Origin: Myxococcota bacterium
GTDB taxonomy: Bacteria; Myxococcota_A; UBA9160; UBA4427
Assembly: GCA_965250285.1 (NCBI GenBank)
Contig: OZ252299.1
Coordinates: forward strand, 992,001-1,056,000
Direction: 5' to 3'
DNA length: 64,000 bases
Shown here: in pieces, positions 1 through 10,349 of the stretch
How the letters are laid out: every line of letters begins with the position of its first letter
Numbering within the stretch: position 1 is the stretch's first letter
Position numbers and translations under genes: made by a program
The notes under the pieces: generated by a model
Seen by the model: only the letters and a program-made list of their open reading frames with translations
Database searches by the model: none
What the model was told of the DNA's origin: nothing

Positions 1-1434
1 CTGACCGGCTGGGCCGAGGCGGCTGGGCTCTCGGCCCGCATCGAGGCGATGTTCGGCGGCGAGGTGATCAACCCCACCGAGGGGCGTGCCGTGCTGCACG
101 TCGCGCTGCGCACGCCGCGCGGCACGCGCGTTGAGGTGGCTGGGCGCGACGTCGTGCCCGACGTTCACGGTGTACTCGATCGAATGGCTGCCTTCAGCGA
201 GGGCCTTCGGCGGGGCGAGATTCGGGGCTTCACAGGGAAGGTCATCCGCGACGTCGTCAACATCGGCATCGGCGGGTCGGATCTCGGCCCCGCCATGGCC
301 GCGCGCGCCCTCTGGGCCGACGCGGGGCAGCCTCTGCAGGCGCACTTCGTCTCGAACGTCGACGGGCACGACTTTGCGCGCGTCACGGCCGACCTCGATC
401 CGGCGACGACCCTGTTCGTCGTCGTGTCGAAGACGTTCACGACGCGTGAGACGCTGATGAACGCGCACACGGCGCGGGCGTGGTGCATCGATGCACTCGG
501 CGACGAGGGCGCCGTGGCGTCCCACTTCGCGGCCGTCTCGACCAACCTCGAGGGCGTCGCCGAGTTCGGCATCGACGCCGAGCGCACATTCGGGTTCTGG
601 GAATGGGTGGGTGGTCGCACGTCGATGATGTCGGCGGCCGGCCTCTCGTTGATGTGCCAGATCGGATCCGACGCGTTCGCCGAGATGCTGGCCGGCGCGC
701 ACGCGATGGACGTGCACTTCCGGACGACGCCTTTCGACCGCAACGCACCGGCGCTGCTCGCTCTCGTCGGCGCCTGGAACGTGAACGTCCTCGGCTTCAC
801 GACGCTCGCGGTGTTGCCCTACGCCCAGCGCCTGTCACGGCTGCCGGCCTATCTGCAGCAGCTCGAGATGGAGAGCAACGGCAAGCGCGTGCGGCTCGAC
901 GGCTCGCCGGTCGAGGGCTCGACGGTACCGGTGCTCTTCGGCGAGCCGGGCACGAATGGGCAACACGCCTTCTATCAGATGCTCCACCAGGGCACCGAGA
1001 TCGTGCCCTGCGACTTCATCGGCTTCGCGCGCTCGGTCGACGGGCTCGACGAACACCACGACGAGCTGATGGCGAACTGCTTCGCTCAGACCGAGGCGCT
1101 CGCCTTCGGCCGCTCACCCGAAGCGCTGCGCGAGGCCGGTGTCGACGAGGCGTTGATCCCGCACCGCACCTTCCCCGGCAATCGCCCGAGCACCACGATG
1201 ATGGCCGAGGCGCTGACCCCGCACGCGCTCGGCGCGCTGATCGCGCTTTATGAGCACAAGGTGTTCGTGCAGGGCGTGCTGTGGGGCGTCAACTCGTACG
1301 ACCAGTGGGGCGTCGAGCTCGGCAAGGCACTCGCGAAGCGCATCGCGCCCGAGCTCGCGGGCGAGGCGCGCGAGCGCCACGACCCCTCGACCACTGCGCT
1401 CATCGACTGGATGCTGCGCCACCGCGACGGCTGA
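1..1434 (+). CDS. pgi: Glucose-6-phosphate isomerase (5'-partial; frame open from base 1)
   Basis: Motifs [53 protein letters not shown]. Frame continues upstream of the ATG at 49 ([17 protein letters not shown]). Confidence 0.97.
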   Translation: MTGWAEAAGLSARIEAMFGGEVINPTEGRAVLHVALRTPRGTRVEVAGRDVVPDVHGVLDRMAAFSEGLRRGEIRGFTGKVIRDVVNIGIGGSDLGPAMAARALWADAGQPLQAHFVSNVDGHDFARVTADLDPATTLFVVVSKTFTTRETLMNAHTARAWCIDALGDEGAVASHFAAVSTNLEGVAEFGIDAERTFGFWEWVGGRTSMMSAAGLSLMCQIGSDAFAEMLAGAHAMDVHFRTTPFDRNAPALLALVGAWNVNVLGFTTLAVLPYAQRLSRLPAYLQQLEMESNGKRVRLDGSPVEGSTVPVLFGEPGTNGQHAFYQMLHQGTEIVPCDFIGFARSVDGLDEHHDELMANCFAQTEALAFGRSPEALREAGVDEALIPHRTFPGNRPSTTMMAEALTPHALGALIALYEHKVFVQGVLWGVNSYDQWGVELGKALAKRIAPELAGEARERHDPSTTALIDWMLRHRDG

Positions 1435-1444
1435 ATCGGCGCAC

Positions 1445-2266
1445 TTACACCCGTTCGAGCGCTTCGCCCAGGCGGGCGCCGAACTCGCCTGGCGTGCCGT
1501 CGCCGATCGGCTCGTCGTCGAGCGCGATGCAGGGACGGGCGCCGCGTACGGCGTTGACGGCGACGATCTCGCGCGCGCTGTCGAGCGCCGCCCGGTCGAG
1601 GCGCGCCGGCACCAGCTCGGGAACGCATTCGCAGGCCACCTCGAGCCCGATCCCCGAGACGCCGCCGAGCGCGCGGTCTGCGTAGCAGGGGCGTCCGCCG
1701 TCATCGACGACGATGATGTTCGACCTCGAACCTTCGACGAGCCAGCCGGCGGCGTCGAACATCAGGGCCTCGTCGTAGGGAGAGGCACCGAGCCAGAGCC
1801 GTGTGTCGTCGACGAAGCCCTGGCCCAGCAGCTTCGCGCCGGCGCGCTTCTCGGGCCCGGGATGAACGACCGGCGAGCGGCCGAGCCGCCACACCCGCGG
1901 CTCGTCGCCGAGCGGGCGGGGCACACCGATCAGCCGCGTGCGTCCGTCAGCGTCGCGGCCGAGCTGGAGCCGGACGATGCCATCCCCGCGGCCGAACTCG
2001 GCGCCGGCGAGGCCGGTCAGCGCGTCGGCGACGGCTTCGAGCAAGGGCGCGGTGAGACCGTGCTGGGCGGCGTCGCGCGCGAGACGCGCGGCGTGCCGTT
2101 CGATGCGCGTGGGTTCGCCGCGGCGAACGCGGGTCGTCGTGTAGCAGAGGCCGACTTCGAGCCAGGCGGGGTCGAACGCGTCGTCGTCGAAACGAACGAG
2201 GGCCCCGTCCACCCAGAAGTGAACGGGGCCCTCTGTCACCCGCTGCGAGCGTCGTCCGTCGGTCAC
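1445..2266 (-). CDS. Class IV PLP-dependent aminotransferase (D-amino-acid/branched-chain aminotransferase or aminodeoxychorismate lyase family)
   Basis: HAARL, catalytic-Lys region GAKLLG, YDEALMFD..G.LVEGSRSNI, LGGVSGIG, VNAVRG. Confidence 0.8.
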   Translation of the reverse strand: MTDGRRSQRVTEGPVHFWVDGALVRFDDDAFDPAWLEVGLCYTTTRVRRGEPTRIERHAARLARDAAQHGLTAPLLEAVADALTGLAGAEFGRGDGIVRLQLGRDADGRTRLIGVPRPLGDEPRVWRLGRSPVVHPGPEKRAGAKLLGQGFVDDTRLWLGASPYDEALMFDAAGWLVEGSRSNIIVVDDGGRPCYADRALGGVSGIGLEVACECVPELVPARLDRAALDSAREIVAVNAVRGARPCIALDDEPIGDGTPGEFGARLGEALERV

Positions 2267-2291
2267 GCGGGCATGGCTCGCAGGCGCGGGG

Positions 2292-3581
<1,290 letters not shown>

Positions 3582-3585
3582 GTGC

Positions 3586-3595
3586 TCACCTCCTT
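3586..3595 (-). promoter_or_regulatory. Extended Shine-Dalgarno of gltA (AAGGAGGTGA)
   Basis: Plus strand tcacctcctt lies 4 nt from the gltA ATG; full match to the canonical anti-SD. Confidence 0.85.
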
Positions 3596-3625
3596 CTGGG
3601 TCTCTTCGTCTTCGTTTCGTCTCTA

Positions 3626-3743
3626 GTCGCTGTGGCTGTCGCTGTCGCTGTCTGCGTTCGCGCGGACGTCTTCGGGCGTATTGGATCCCGGGCTCGTCTG
3701 TCTCTCTTCGGGCTCTCTTCGGGCTCGGTTCGGGCTCGGGCTC
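3626..3743. repeat. Short tandem repeats upstream of gltA (gtcgct-type hexamer x4; tctcttcgggc-type 11-mer x3)
   Basis: Read directly: 3626-3649 gtcgct/gtggct/gtcgct/gtcgct; 3703-3735 tctcttcgggc/tctcttcgggc/tcggttcgggc. Confidence 0.7.
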
Positions 3744-3933
3744 AGCGCCGGGTCGCTTCAGAACCCCGGCTCGGCGCGGATGCGGCGCCCCGCGACGGAC
3801 GGGACCGGGTTCGGCGGTGATCGGCGCCTTGGGCGGCCTCCGAACGAGCCTTCGAACACTAGCCGAGATCGGCCTCTCAGGACAGTCCCCGCACCGTCGG
3901 TTTCTCTCAGAGAATCAGGCACATAGCTCCGTT

Positions 3934-5886
3934 TTAGCCGTCTGTGTCCGGGCCTGCACGCCTCGCTCGCGGAGGACCGTCAACGGCGTCTTCGAGGGGT
4001 CGACGCGCGTCGCCCGAAGGGCGTGTTTGCGTCGAATCCGTGGTCTCGATCACGATCACCGACTGAGCCCGCCGGCCGCTGCGCAGCTCGGCGACCTTGC
4101 GATGCCGCGCGACCGGATCGAGTCGCATCGTCTCGTGGGTGCGGGCAACGACGATGCGTCCGCCCCCACCGACGAATGTTGCGACGGCGTCGGCGTCGGG
4201 AAGGTTCACGATCGCGCGCCGATCGTCGGGGTCAAGCACGCTCAGGTAGTAGTGGAGACCGCCGCGCAGGGCCGGCTGGTCGAAGAGGCCGATGGCCTCG
4301 TCCGCCGAACTCGCCGCGGCGACGACGGCCGCGATCGGGCGCGGTGACTTCTCGGGGTCGATCCGCGGGAGAACGAAGAAGAAGAGCACGGCGTAGATCG
4401 AAGCGACGACGCTCCCCGCGACGACGAGGCCCGGCGGAAGCGAGGTGCGCGCGGCCTCGCCGCGTCGGTCGACGACGAGGGCGGCAAGGACGCCGGCGGC
4501 GGCCACGATCCACACCCCGGCGCGTCCGGCGTCGAACGCTGCGGCGGCGATGGCCGGCTCGGGTCGCAGCGGGCTCGCGAGCGCGGCGGCGGCGGCGAGC
4601 GTCACGCACAGCACGATGGGCAGTGCCGGGCCCTCGAGCAGCCGGCGCCCTGACTCGTTCGTCGACCGGACCCGTTCGATCCAGTTCGCCAGCGCCATGC
4701 ACAACGCCGGAATGGTGGGCAGCAGATAGATTCCGCGCTTGCCGGCTGAGACCGAGAAGAAGACGAAGGGCAGGGCGATCCAGAAGAAGAGCAGACGCTG
4801 CGCGAATCGTGCACCGCCTTCGTCGGGCGCGGTCGTTGCTCGCGGCGAGCGGCGCCGGCGCCAGGCCCACACCCCGGCCACGGGCCAGAGCAGTGACCAC
4901 GGCAGCGCTTCGACCGGAAGCTGACGCACGAAGTACCAGAACGGTTGGACATGCGCGGTGCCCGTCGCGAAGCGCCCCCAGAGATTGTCGACGACGGCGG
5001 CCTCGAAGAAGCCCGGGGGCGCGAGGGCGACGCTGGCCGCGATCCACGCGAGCACCGGAGCGAGGGCGAGGAAGACGCCCCAGAGCGGAAAGAGCGAACG
5101 CGCGTCGCGCAGCCGCCCCTCGCTCCAGACGACGCCGACGAAGCAGGCCCATGGGAGCAGACCCACGGGCCCCTTCGTGAGCAGCGCGAGCGCGGTGGCG
5201 CCGTGCAGCAGCGCCAGGGCGCTGCGGCGTGGGCCCGGGCCCGATGCCTGGCGCCACAGCAGAAAGCCGAGCAGGGCGATGCTCTCGAAGAGTACGAGCA
5301 GGGCGTCCAGCTGCGCGCGGCGCGCAAAGTGGATGAAGCGGAAGCTCGTGAGGAGGAGCGCGGCCGTCATCCAGCCGACGGGCGTACCGGGGTGCAGTCG
5401 GCTTGCGATCGCGATCCAGACGGCGAGGGTCGCGAGCGCGGCGAAGGCCGAAGGCCATCGCGCGCTCGTCTCGCTCACGCCGCCCTCGATCGACCCCAGC
5501 GCGGCGGCGAGCCAGAAGTAGAGCGGCGGCTTCTGCGTGTAGGGCTCGCCGCCGAGTCGGAGCAGCACCAGGTCGGAGGCGCCGCGCTCCATGTCGAGCA
5601 GCTCGTCGGCCACGCGGGCGTAGCGCGGCTCGTCGGGCGCCCAGAGGTCGAGGCCGCCCAGATCGACCGTGATGAGACCGAGGGCGACCAGCGCGAGCGC
5701 GATCCAGGCACCCCGGCCGGGCGGGCCGAGCGGGGGCCGAAGCGAAACCGAGCCGGCGGGCTGCGGGGGCGGCTCGTGGTCGGCGGCCACGTCGGGCGTC
5801 GTTGTGCGCTCGGTGGCGATGGCGGGCTCCCGGCCAGATGGCCGCGTCGGGCTGGCCGCGCGGGTTCGGCCTGCGCGGCGCCGCAC
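3934..5886 (-). CDS. ArnT/PMT-family (GT-C fold) membrane glycosyltransferase; true start probably downstream of 5886
   Basis: LWAPDEPRYA, Y.QKPPLYFWL, ARRAQLD, LTKGPVG, H.QPFWYF, KRGIYLLP; many hydrophobic segments. Confidence 0.9.
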   Translation of the reverse strand: MRRRAGRTRAASPTRPSGREPAIATERTTTPDVAADHEPPPQPAGSVSLRPPLGPPGRGAWIALALVALGLITVDLGGLDLWAPDEPRYARVADELLDMERGASDLVLLRLGGEPYTQKPPLYFWLAAALGSIEGGVSETSARWPSAFAALATLAVWIAIASRLHPGTPVGWMTAALLLTSFRFIHFARRAQLDALLVLFESIALLGFLLWRQASGPGPRRSALALLHGATALALLTKGPVGLLPWACFVGVVWSEGRLRDARSLFPLWGVFLALAPVLAWIAASVALAPPGFFEAAVVDNLWGRFATGTAHVQPFWYFVRQLPVEALPWSLLWPVAGVWAWRRRRSPRATTAPDEGGARFAQRLLFFWIALPFVFFSVSAGKRGIYLLPTIPALCMALANWIERVRSTNESGRRLLEGPALPIVLCVTLAAAAALASPLRPEPAIAAAAFDAGRAGVWIVAAAGVLAALVVDRRGEAARTSLPPGLVVAGSVVASIYAVLFFFVLPRIDPEKSPRPIAAVVAAASSADEAIGLFDQPALRGGLHYYLSVLDPDDRRAIVNLPDADAVATFVGGGGRIVVARTHETMRLDPVARHRKVAELRSGRRAQSVIVIETTDSTQTRPSGDARRPLEDAVDGPPRARRAGPDTDG

Positions 5887-5927
5887 TCGGACGGTACCCT
5901 AAGGGACGAATCGGGAGGCCATCGGTT

Positions 5928-6710
5928 TTGGGGGATCGCGTCATCGGCTCGTCACGCAGCCAGGAACGGCCGGCGACCGAAGCTGCGAACGCTTGGCGTC
6001 CGTGGCTGAGCATCGTCCTGCCCATTCGCGATGAAGCCGGGGCGCTGCCCGCTCTGATGGACGAGCTCGGGAAGATGCTCGACGGCCTGACCGAGTCGGC
6101 CGAGGTCGTGTGCGTCGACGACGGCAGCCGCGACGGCAGTCTCGAGTGGCTGACGGCACGCGCCGAGAGCGAGTCTCGATTGCGGATCGTCGCGCTGGGC
6201 GCGCACCACGGGCAGGCGACCGCGCTCGGCGAGGGGTTCGCCGCGGCGCGGGGCGACGTCATCGCGACGCTCGATGCCGACGGGCAGAACGACCCCGCCG
6301 ACGTGCCGCGCCTGCTCGGTCTGCTGCGCGGTGACGTCGACGTCGTCTGCGGCGTGCGCGCCGAGCGCCACGATGCATGGCGACGGCGCGCCGCATCGCG
6401 GCTCGCGAATGCCGTCCGCAACCGGCTGACCGGCGAGTCGATCACCGACGTCGGCTGCTCGCTGCGGGTGATGCGCGCGCCGTTCGCGCGTCGGGTGGTG
6501 CTCGATGCCGGGCTCCACCGCTTCTTGCCGACGCTGCTTCGCTTCGAGGGCGCGCGCATCGTCGAGACACCGGTGTCGCACCGACCGCGCGAAGCCGGCG
6601 ACTCGAAGTACGGGGTGCTCGATCGCCTGCCGGAGGCGCTGCGTGACCTGTGGCGGGTGCGGCGTCGGTATCTCGCTTGGCGGCGCGCCGAAGGGCGTGC
6701 GTCGCCCTGA
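5928..6710 (+). CDS. GT2 polyprenol-phosphate glycosyltransferase (DPM1/ArnC-like)
   Basis: LSIVLPIRDE, VDDGSRDGS, TLDADGQNDP.D, DVGCSLR, LHRFLP, SKYG. TTG start at 5928 chosen because of GGGAGG at 5913-5918. Confidence 0.88.
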   Translation: MGDRVIGSSRSQERPATEAANAWRPWLSIVLPIRDEAGALPALMDELGKMLDGLTESAEVVCVDDGSRDGSLEWLTARAESESRLRIVALGAHHGQATALGEGFAAARGDVIATLDADGQNDPADVPRLLGLLRGDVDVVCGVRAERHDAWRRRAASRLANAVRNRLTGESITDVGCSLRVMRAPFARRVVLDAGLHRFLPTLLRFEGARIVETPVSHRPREAGDSKYGVLDRLPEALRDLWRVRRRYLAWRRAEGRASP

Positions 6711-6763
6711 CCGGGTGCGCGTCGTTCGGGTGGTTTTGATCGCCCCGGGGACGCTGCCGCGCG

Positions 6764-7141
6764 TTAGCCGCCCGTGCGCTTCACCCGAAAGCCCCGCTTC
6801 TCGAGCTCTGCGACGAGCGTGTCGCGCTGGTCGCCCTGAATCTCGATCACGCCTTCCTTGAGCGTGCCACCCGTGCCGCAGCGGCGCTTGAGCGCCTTGG
6901 CCAGATCGCGCAGCTCGGGCTCGGGCAGCTGCACGCCCTTGACCTCGGTGATCGTCTTGCCGCCCTTGCCCTTCGAGGTGCGTCCCACGCGCACGATGCC
7001 GTCGCCGTCGGCATTCTGCACCGACCGGTCGCCGCGGGGATTGGCTCGGCACACACACTTCTTCTTCGGCAGCCCGCAATGCGCGCAGTGGCGGCCGTGC
7101 TCGCTCGAGTAGACAGTGGCGGAGTTGCGGTCTCGGGGCAT
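6764..7141 (-). CDS. yciH: Translation initiation factor SUI1/YciH homolog
   Basis: C-terminal part of the 653-aa track ORF: KGKGGKTITEVKG, LAKALKRRCGTGGTLKEGVIEIQGDQRD; N-terminal CxxC..CxC; ATG at 7141. Confidence 0.92.
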   Translation of the reverse strand: MPRDRNSATVYSSEHGRHCAHCGLPKKKCVCRANPRGDRSVQNADGDGIVRVGRTSKGKGGKTITEVKGVQLPEPELRDLAKALKRRCGTGGTLKEGVIEIQGDQRDTLVAELEKRGFRVKRTGG

Positions 7142-7179
7142 GACGCGGTCGACCGGCCAGGCCGGCGCTCCTCGACGTT

Positions 7180-8763
7180 TCAGGGGTCGGTGACGGTGAT
7201 CGTGAGGGTCTGGTTGACGCCGAGCGCGCCCGCGAGCGGCGCCGTCTTGATGTTGAAGACGATCGTCTCGTCGTCGTCTTCCTGTTCGCCGTCGTCGACC
7301 AGCTCGAACGTGAACGTCGCCTCGGTCTCGCCGGCCGAGAGCACGAACACGACGTAGTCGAGGTAGTCGAGATCGCTGTCGGGCGTCTCGGCGTTGACGT
7401 CGCCCGCCGTGCCGCCGACGGCGGCCGTCACGAAGACGTCGTGGGTCTGCGCTGCATCGATCTGCATCGTCACGGTGACGGGCCCGGCGTTCTCGGGCAC
7501 CGTGATCGCCGACTCGGTGAAGTCGACGACGCCCCCGGGCGCGGGCGCGATCATGTCGATCGCACCGCTGGTCACCGGCGCACGTTCGCTGGCCGTGGCG
7601 CTGATCGTGTAGCCGTTGCCGAGCCCGTCGATCCGCAGATCGTCGAATGTCGCGACGCCGTCGACGGCCGAGGCGGTGAGCGTGCCGTAGAGCCGGGCTT
7701 CGACGAAGGCGAGGCCCTGGCCGTCGGCGCCATTCACGAGATCGATGCCCCCGTCGGTGATCGACCCGTCGTCGAGGTCGATGGTCACGAGCCGCCTCGG
7801 GTTGCTCGTGTTGTCGCCCTCCACGCCGTACAGCACACCCGTGTCGGGGTGTGCGGCCATGGCGGGCATTCTGGTCGTGGTGTCGCCGATGAAGCGGGCC
7901 GTCAGGGCTTCGGGGTCGATCTCGACGAGCGCGTGGCCGATCGGCGTGGCGCCGTTCATCACGGCCGTGGCGTAGAGGGTGCCGACGTCGGGATCGCTCG
8001 GGTCGATGCGCATCGCCATCGAGCTGAAGTAGAGGATGTCGCGCGGCTCGTCGAGATCGGTCGGGGTGAGCGTGCCGATGTCGGTGAGCTCGCCCGTGTT
8101 CGGATCGATCTCGAAGAGCGAGTCGGTGTTCGAGCCGGGGAAGAACTTGTTCACGACGCCGAAGAGTCGGCCAGAACCGCCGACCTCGAAAGCCATCCCC
8201 GCGACCTTGGGCGCCGTGCCGTCGCCGACGAGCGTCGCTTCGCCGCTGCGCGGGTCGCCGCGATAGAGGTTGTCGATGGCGCGATTCACCAGCAGGTAGC
8301 GATCGTTCGCGGCATCCCACGTCATCGAGGTCGGCGCGTCGAGGCGCCAGTTCTCCGCGAGCATGTAGCGTTCGACCGGGCCGCCGGGGGCCAGCACGTC
8401 GATCAGCTCGAGCATCCGCCCGGTCGTGTCGGTCGTGTTCGGGTTCTGGATGCCCGAAGCATGCAGCAGCAATGCGCCCGGGTTCGCCTCGAGCGCGAGC
8501 GTGACCGTGTCGGTGGCCGTCTCGATGCGGTTGCCCGCGTCGTCGACGATCTCGACCGTGACCGGCTCGTCCACGAAGCCACGCCGAATCGGAGAGAAGG
8601 CGGTGGGAGTCGACTCGGGCGCGTGCTCGAAGCGCAGCGCGCCCACGACCTGCGGTGGCGCCGTCCCGTCGTCCTTGCAGGCGAGCGCGAGCAGCATCAC
8701 CGCCGCGAATGCGGCCGTGAGCCATGGCGTCACGCGGGCGAATCGGCGGGCCGGTACGGCCAT
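7180..8763 (-). CDS. Lipoprotein with Ig-like domain, probable beta-propeller and C-terminal Calx-beta-like domain
   Basis: Lipobox LALA-C29; propeller-like blades (LFEIDPNTGELTDIG, LVEIDPEALTARFIG, LVTIDLDDGSITDGG); Calx-beta-like tail (VPENAGPVTVT..GGTA..DY..AGETEATFT..DDGEQEDDDETI). Confidence 0.75.
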   Translation of the reverse strand: MAVPARRFARVTPWLTAAFAAVMLLALACKDDGTAPPQVVGALRFEHAPESTPTAFSPIRRGFVDEPVTVEIVDDAGNRIETATDTVTLALEANPGALLLHASGIQNPNTTDTTGRMLELIDVLAPGGPVERYMLAENWRLDAPTSMTWDAANDRYLLVNRAIDNLYRGDPRSGEATLVGDGTAPKVAGMAFEVGGSGRLFGVVNKFFPGSNTDSLFEIDPNTGELTDIGTLTPTDLDEPRDILYFSSMAMRIDPSDPDVGTLYATAVMNGATPIGHALVEIDPEALTARFIGDTTTRMPAMAAHPDTGVLYGVEGDNTSNPRRLVTIDLDDGSITDGGIDLVNGADGQGLAFVEARLYGTLTASAVDGVATFDDLRIDGLGNGYTISATASERAPVTSGAIDMIAPAPGGVVDFTESAITVPENAGPVTVTMQIDAAQTHDVFVTAAVGGTAGDVNAETPDSDLDYLDYVVFVLSAGETEATFTFELVDDGEQEDDDETIVFNIKTAPLAGALGVNQTLTITVTDP

Positions 8764-8905
8764 CGGGTCGTTTCCTCTCTCTTTCCGGGGGTCTTGGGCC
8801 GTCGGGGCGGACCGGGTCGGGCGCTGCGCGTTCGAGCCGGGCGACCGACCGGGCGCGGAGCGTATCAGGTCGCCGCGACCGCCGACACGCGTGGCGAGGC
8901 CGCCT

Positions 8906-8962
8906 TCAGGCGGCGCCTTCGTGCTCAGGCGGCGCCTGCGCGTTCAGCCGGCGCCTGCGCGC
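8906..8962. repeat. Three tandem imperfect 19-bp copies of the 3' end of the DsbA-like gene
   Basis: tcaggcggcgccttcgtgc / tcaggcggcgcctgcgcgt / tcagccggcgcctgcgcgc starting at 8906, 8925 and 8944. Confidence 0.75.
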
Positions 8963-9651
8963 TCGGCGCGCACCTTCTTCGCCCAGCGGCGAAAGATCGA
9001 CTCCATGGTGGCGTCCTCCTGGATCCCTCCGAAGGGCCAGCTGTCGAGCATGAAGGTGGGTACGCCGGTCACGGCCTGGTCGGCCGCGTGGTGTGTCCAC
9101 GCGTCGAGCGCGTCGAGGGCGACTTCGAGCTCGCCCTCGCTGCAGCGCAAACCGAATTCCTCCGCCATTTCGAGCGCGGCCTCGAGGCCCTCGCGCGGCC
9201 GCCCTTCGTCGAAGACACGAGTGAAAACCCGCTCGCGCAGGGTCGGTTCCGCTCGACTTCCCGTTGCTCGATCGGTTGCGAGTTGATGGAGCGTGAGGCC
9301 GTGCCACGCCCGCGAGTCGAGCCAGCGGGTGGGGATCTGGACCGGCACCCCCAGCACGTCGGCGATCCCGCGGACGTGATCTCGCCGATCGCTGGCCACC
9401 GGGTGACCGCGCCGCCAGCCCAGCAGGGTCGACAGGTCGATCGGGATCCATACCAGCTCGATCCCGAGCTCGTCGATCAGCGGCGCCATCCGGCTCATCA
9501 CGCGGTGTCCGACGTGACACAGACTCGACGCGAAGTCGTAGTAGACGACGATCTCGACCGGCGCGTCGGCCGCCAGGGGCGGCGCAGGCTGCGGGCGGGG
9601 CGGCCCGAACGCGCGCGCGCCCGACGGGGTCGGGTCGACCGAGTCGGTCAA
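8944..9651 (-). CDS. DsbA/FrnE (HCCA-isomerase-like) thioredoxin-fold protein
   Basis: IVVYYDFASSLCHVG and the cis-Pro motif VTGVPTF; TTG start overlaps the upstream stop (TTGA). Confidence 0.78.
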   Translation of the reverse strand: MTDSVDPTPSGARAFGPPRPQPAPPLAADAPVEIVVYYDFASSLCHVGHRVMSRMAPLIDELGIELVWIPIDLSTLLGWRRGHPVASDRRDHVRGIADVLGVPVQIPTRWLDSRAWHGLTLHQLATDRATGSRAEPTLRERVFTRVFDEGRPREGLEAALEMAEEFGLRCSEGELEVALDALDAWTHHAADQAVTGVPTFMLDSWPFGGIQEDATMESIFRRWAKKVRAERAGAG

Positions 9652-10139
9652 GTGTGTGCGGGCGGGGCGGCGTCGATCCGCTCGGCCAGGCGCCGATGGT
9701 CGACCATGATGCAGCGGTCCTGGATCACGTCGATGCCGGCCTCGCGCAGGCGACGGGCCGACGGCCCGTGGTGGATGCCGAGCTGCAGCCACACCGTCTT
9801 GGGACGCGGCTCCATGGCGAGAATCTCGTCGACGTGGCCGGGGACGTTCTCCGATGCACGGAAGACGTTGACCAGGTCGACCCCGAGGTGCGCCGCGTCG
9901 ACGGCTGCGAGGTCGGGGTAGGCGTCTCGGTCGAGCACGCGTTCGAGCTTCGGGTTCACCGGCACGATCGTGTAGCCGTGCTCCGCCATGTAGGTGGGGA
10001 TCCGGCAGGCGTCCTCGTCCGGCGCATCCTTCATCCCGACCACCGCGATGGTGTGCGCCTCGCTCAGCACGCGCACGAGCAGTTCGTCCAGATCCGACTC
10101 GGAGGGGGGGCGCGCGGCGGGCGCGTCGTTCGGGCTCAT
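9648..10139 (-). CDS. CoA-binding protein (YccU family)
   Basis: TIAVVG, GYTIVPVNP, VDLVNVFR.SE, VWLQLGI, VIQDRCI; GAGG SD before ATG 10139. Confidence 0.9.
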   Translation of the reverse strand: MSPNDAPAARPPSESDLDELLVRVLSEAHTIAVVGMKDAPDEDACRIPTYMAEHGYTIVPVNPKLERVLDRDAYPDLAAVDAAHLGVDLVNVFRASENVPGHVDEILAMEPRPKTVWLQLGIHHGPSARRLREAGIDVIQDRCIMVDHRRLAERIDAAPPAHT

Positions 10140-10349
10140 GTCGATCCTCTCGGTCGGCGATCGCGTCGTCGTGGCCGCTTCGCGCATCGTCTCGGTCGAC
10201 GGGCGCCACACCCGGCGGATGTCGAGCCGGCCGCGTGCCAGGATAGATCGCCTGGGCCGGGGCTCAAATCGGTTCGTGGATCGGCGGGCCTCGTCGCCGG
10301 CGTCCCCTCCCATCGACACGCCCGACGCGAATCGTTAGCGTCCGCGGCC

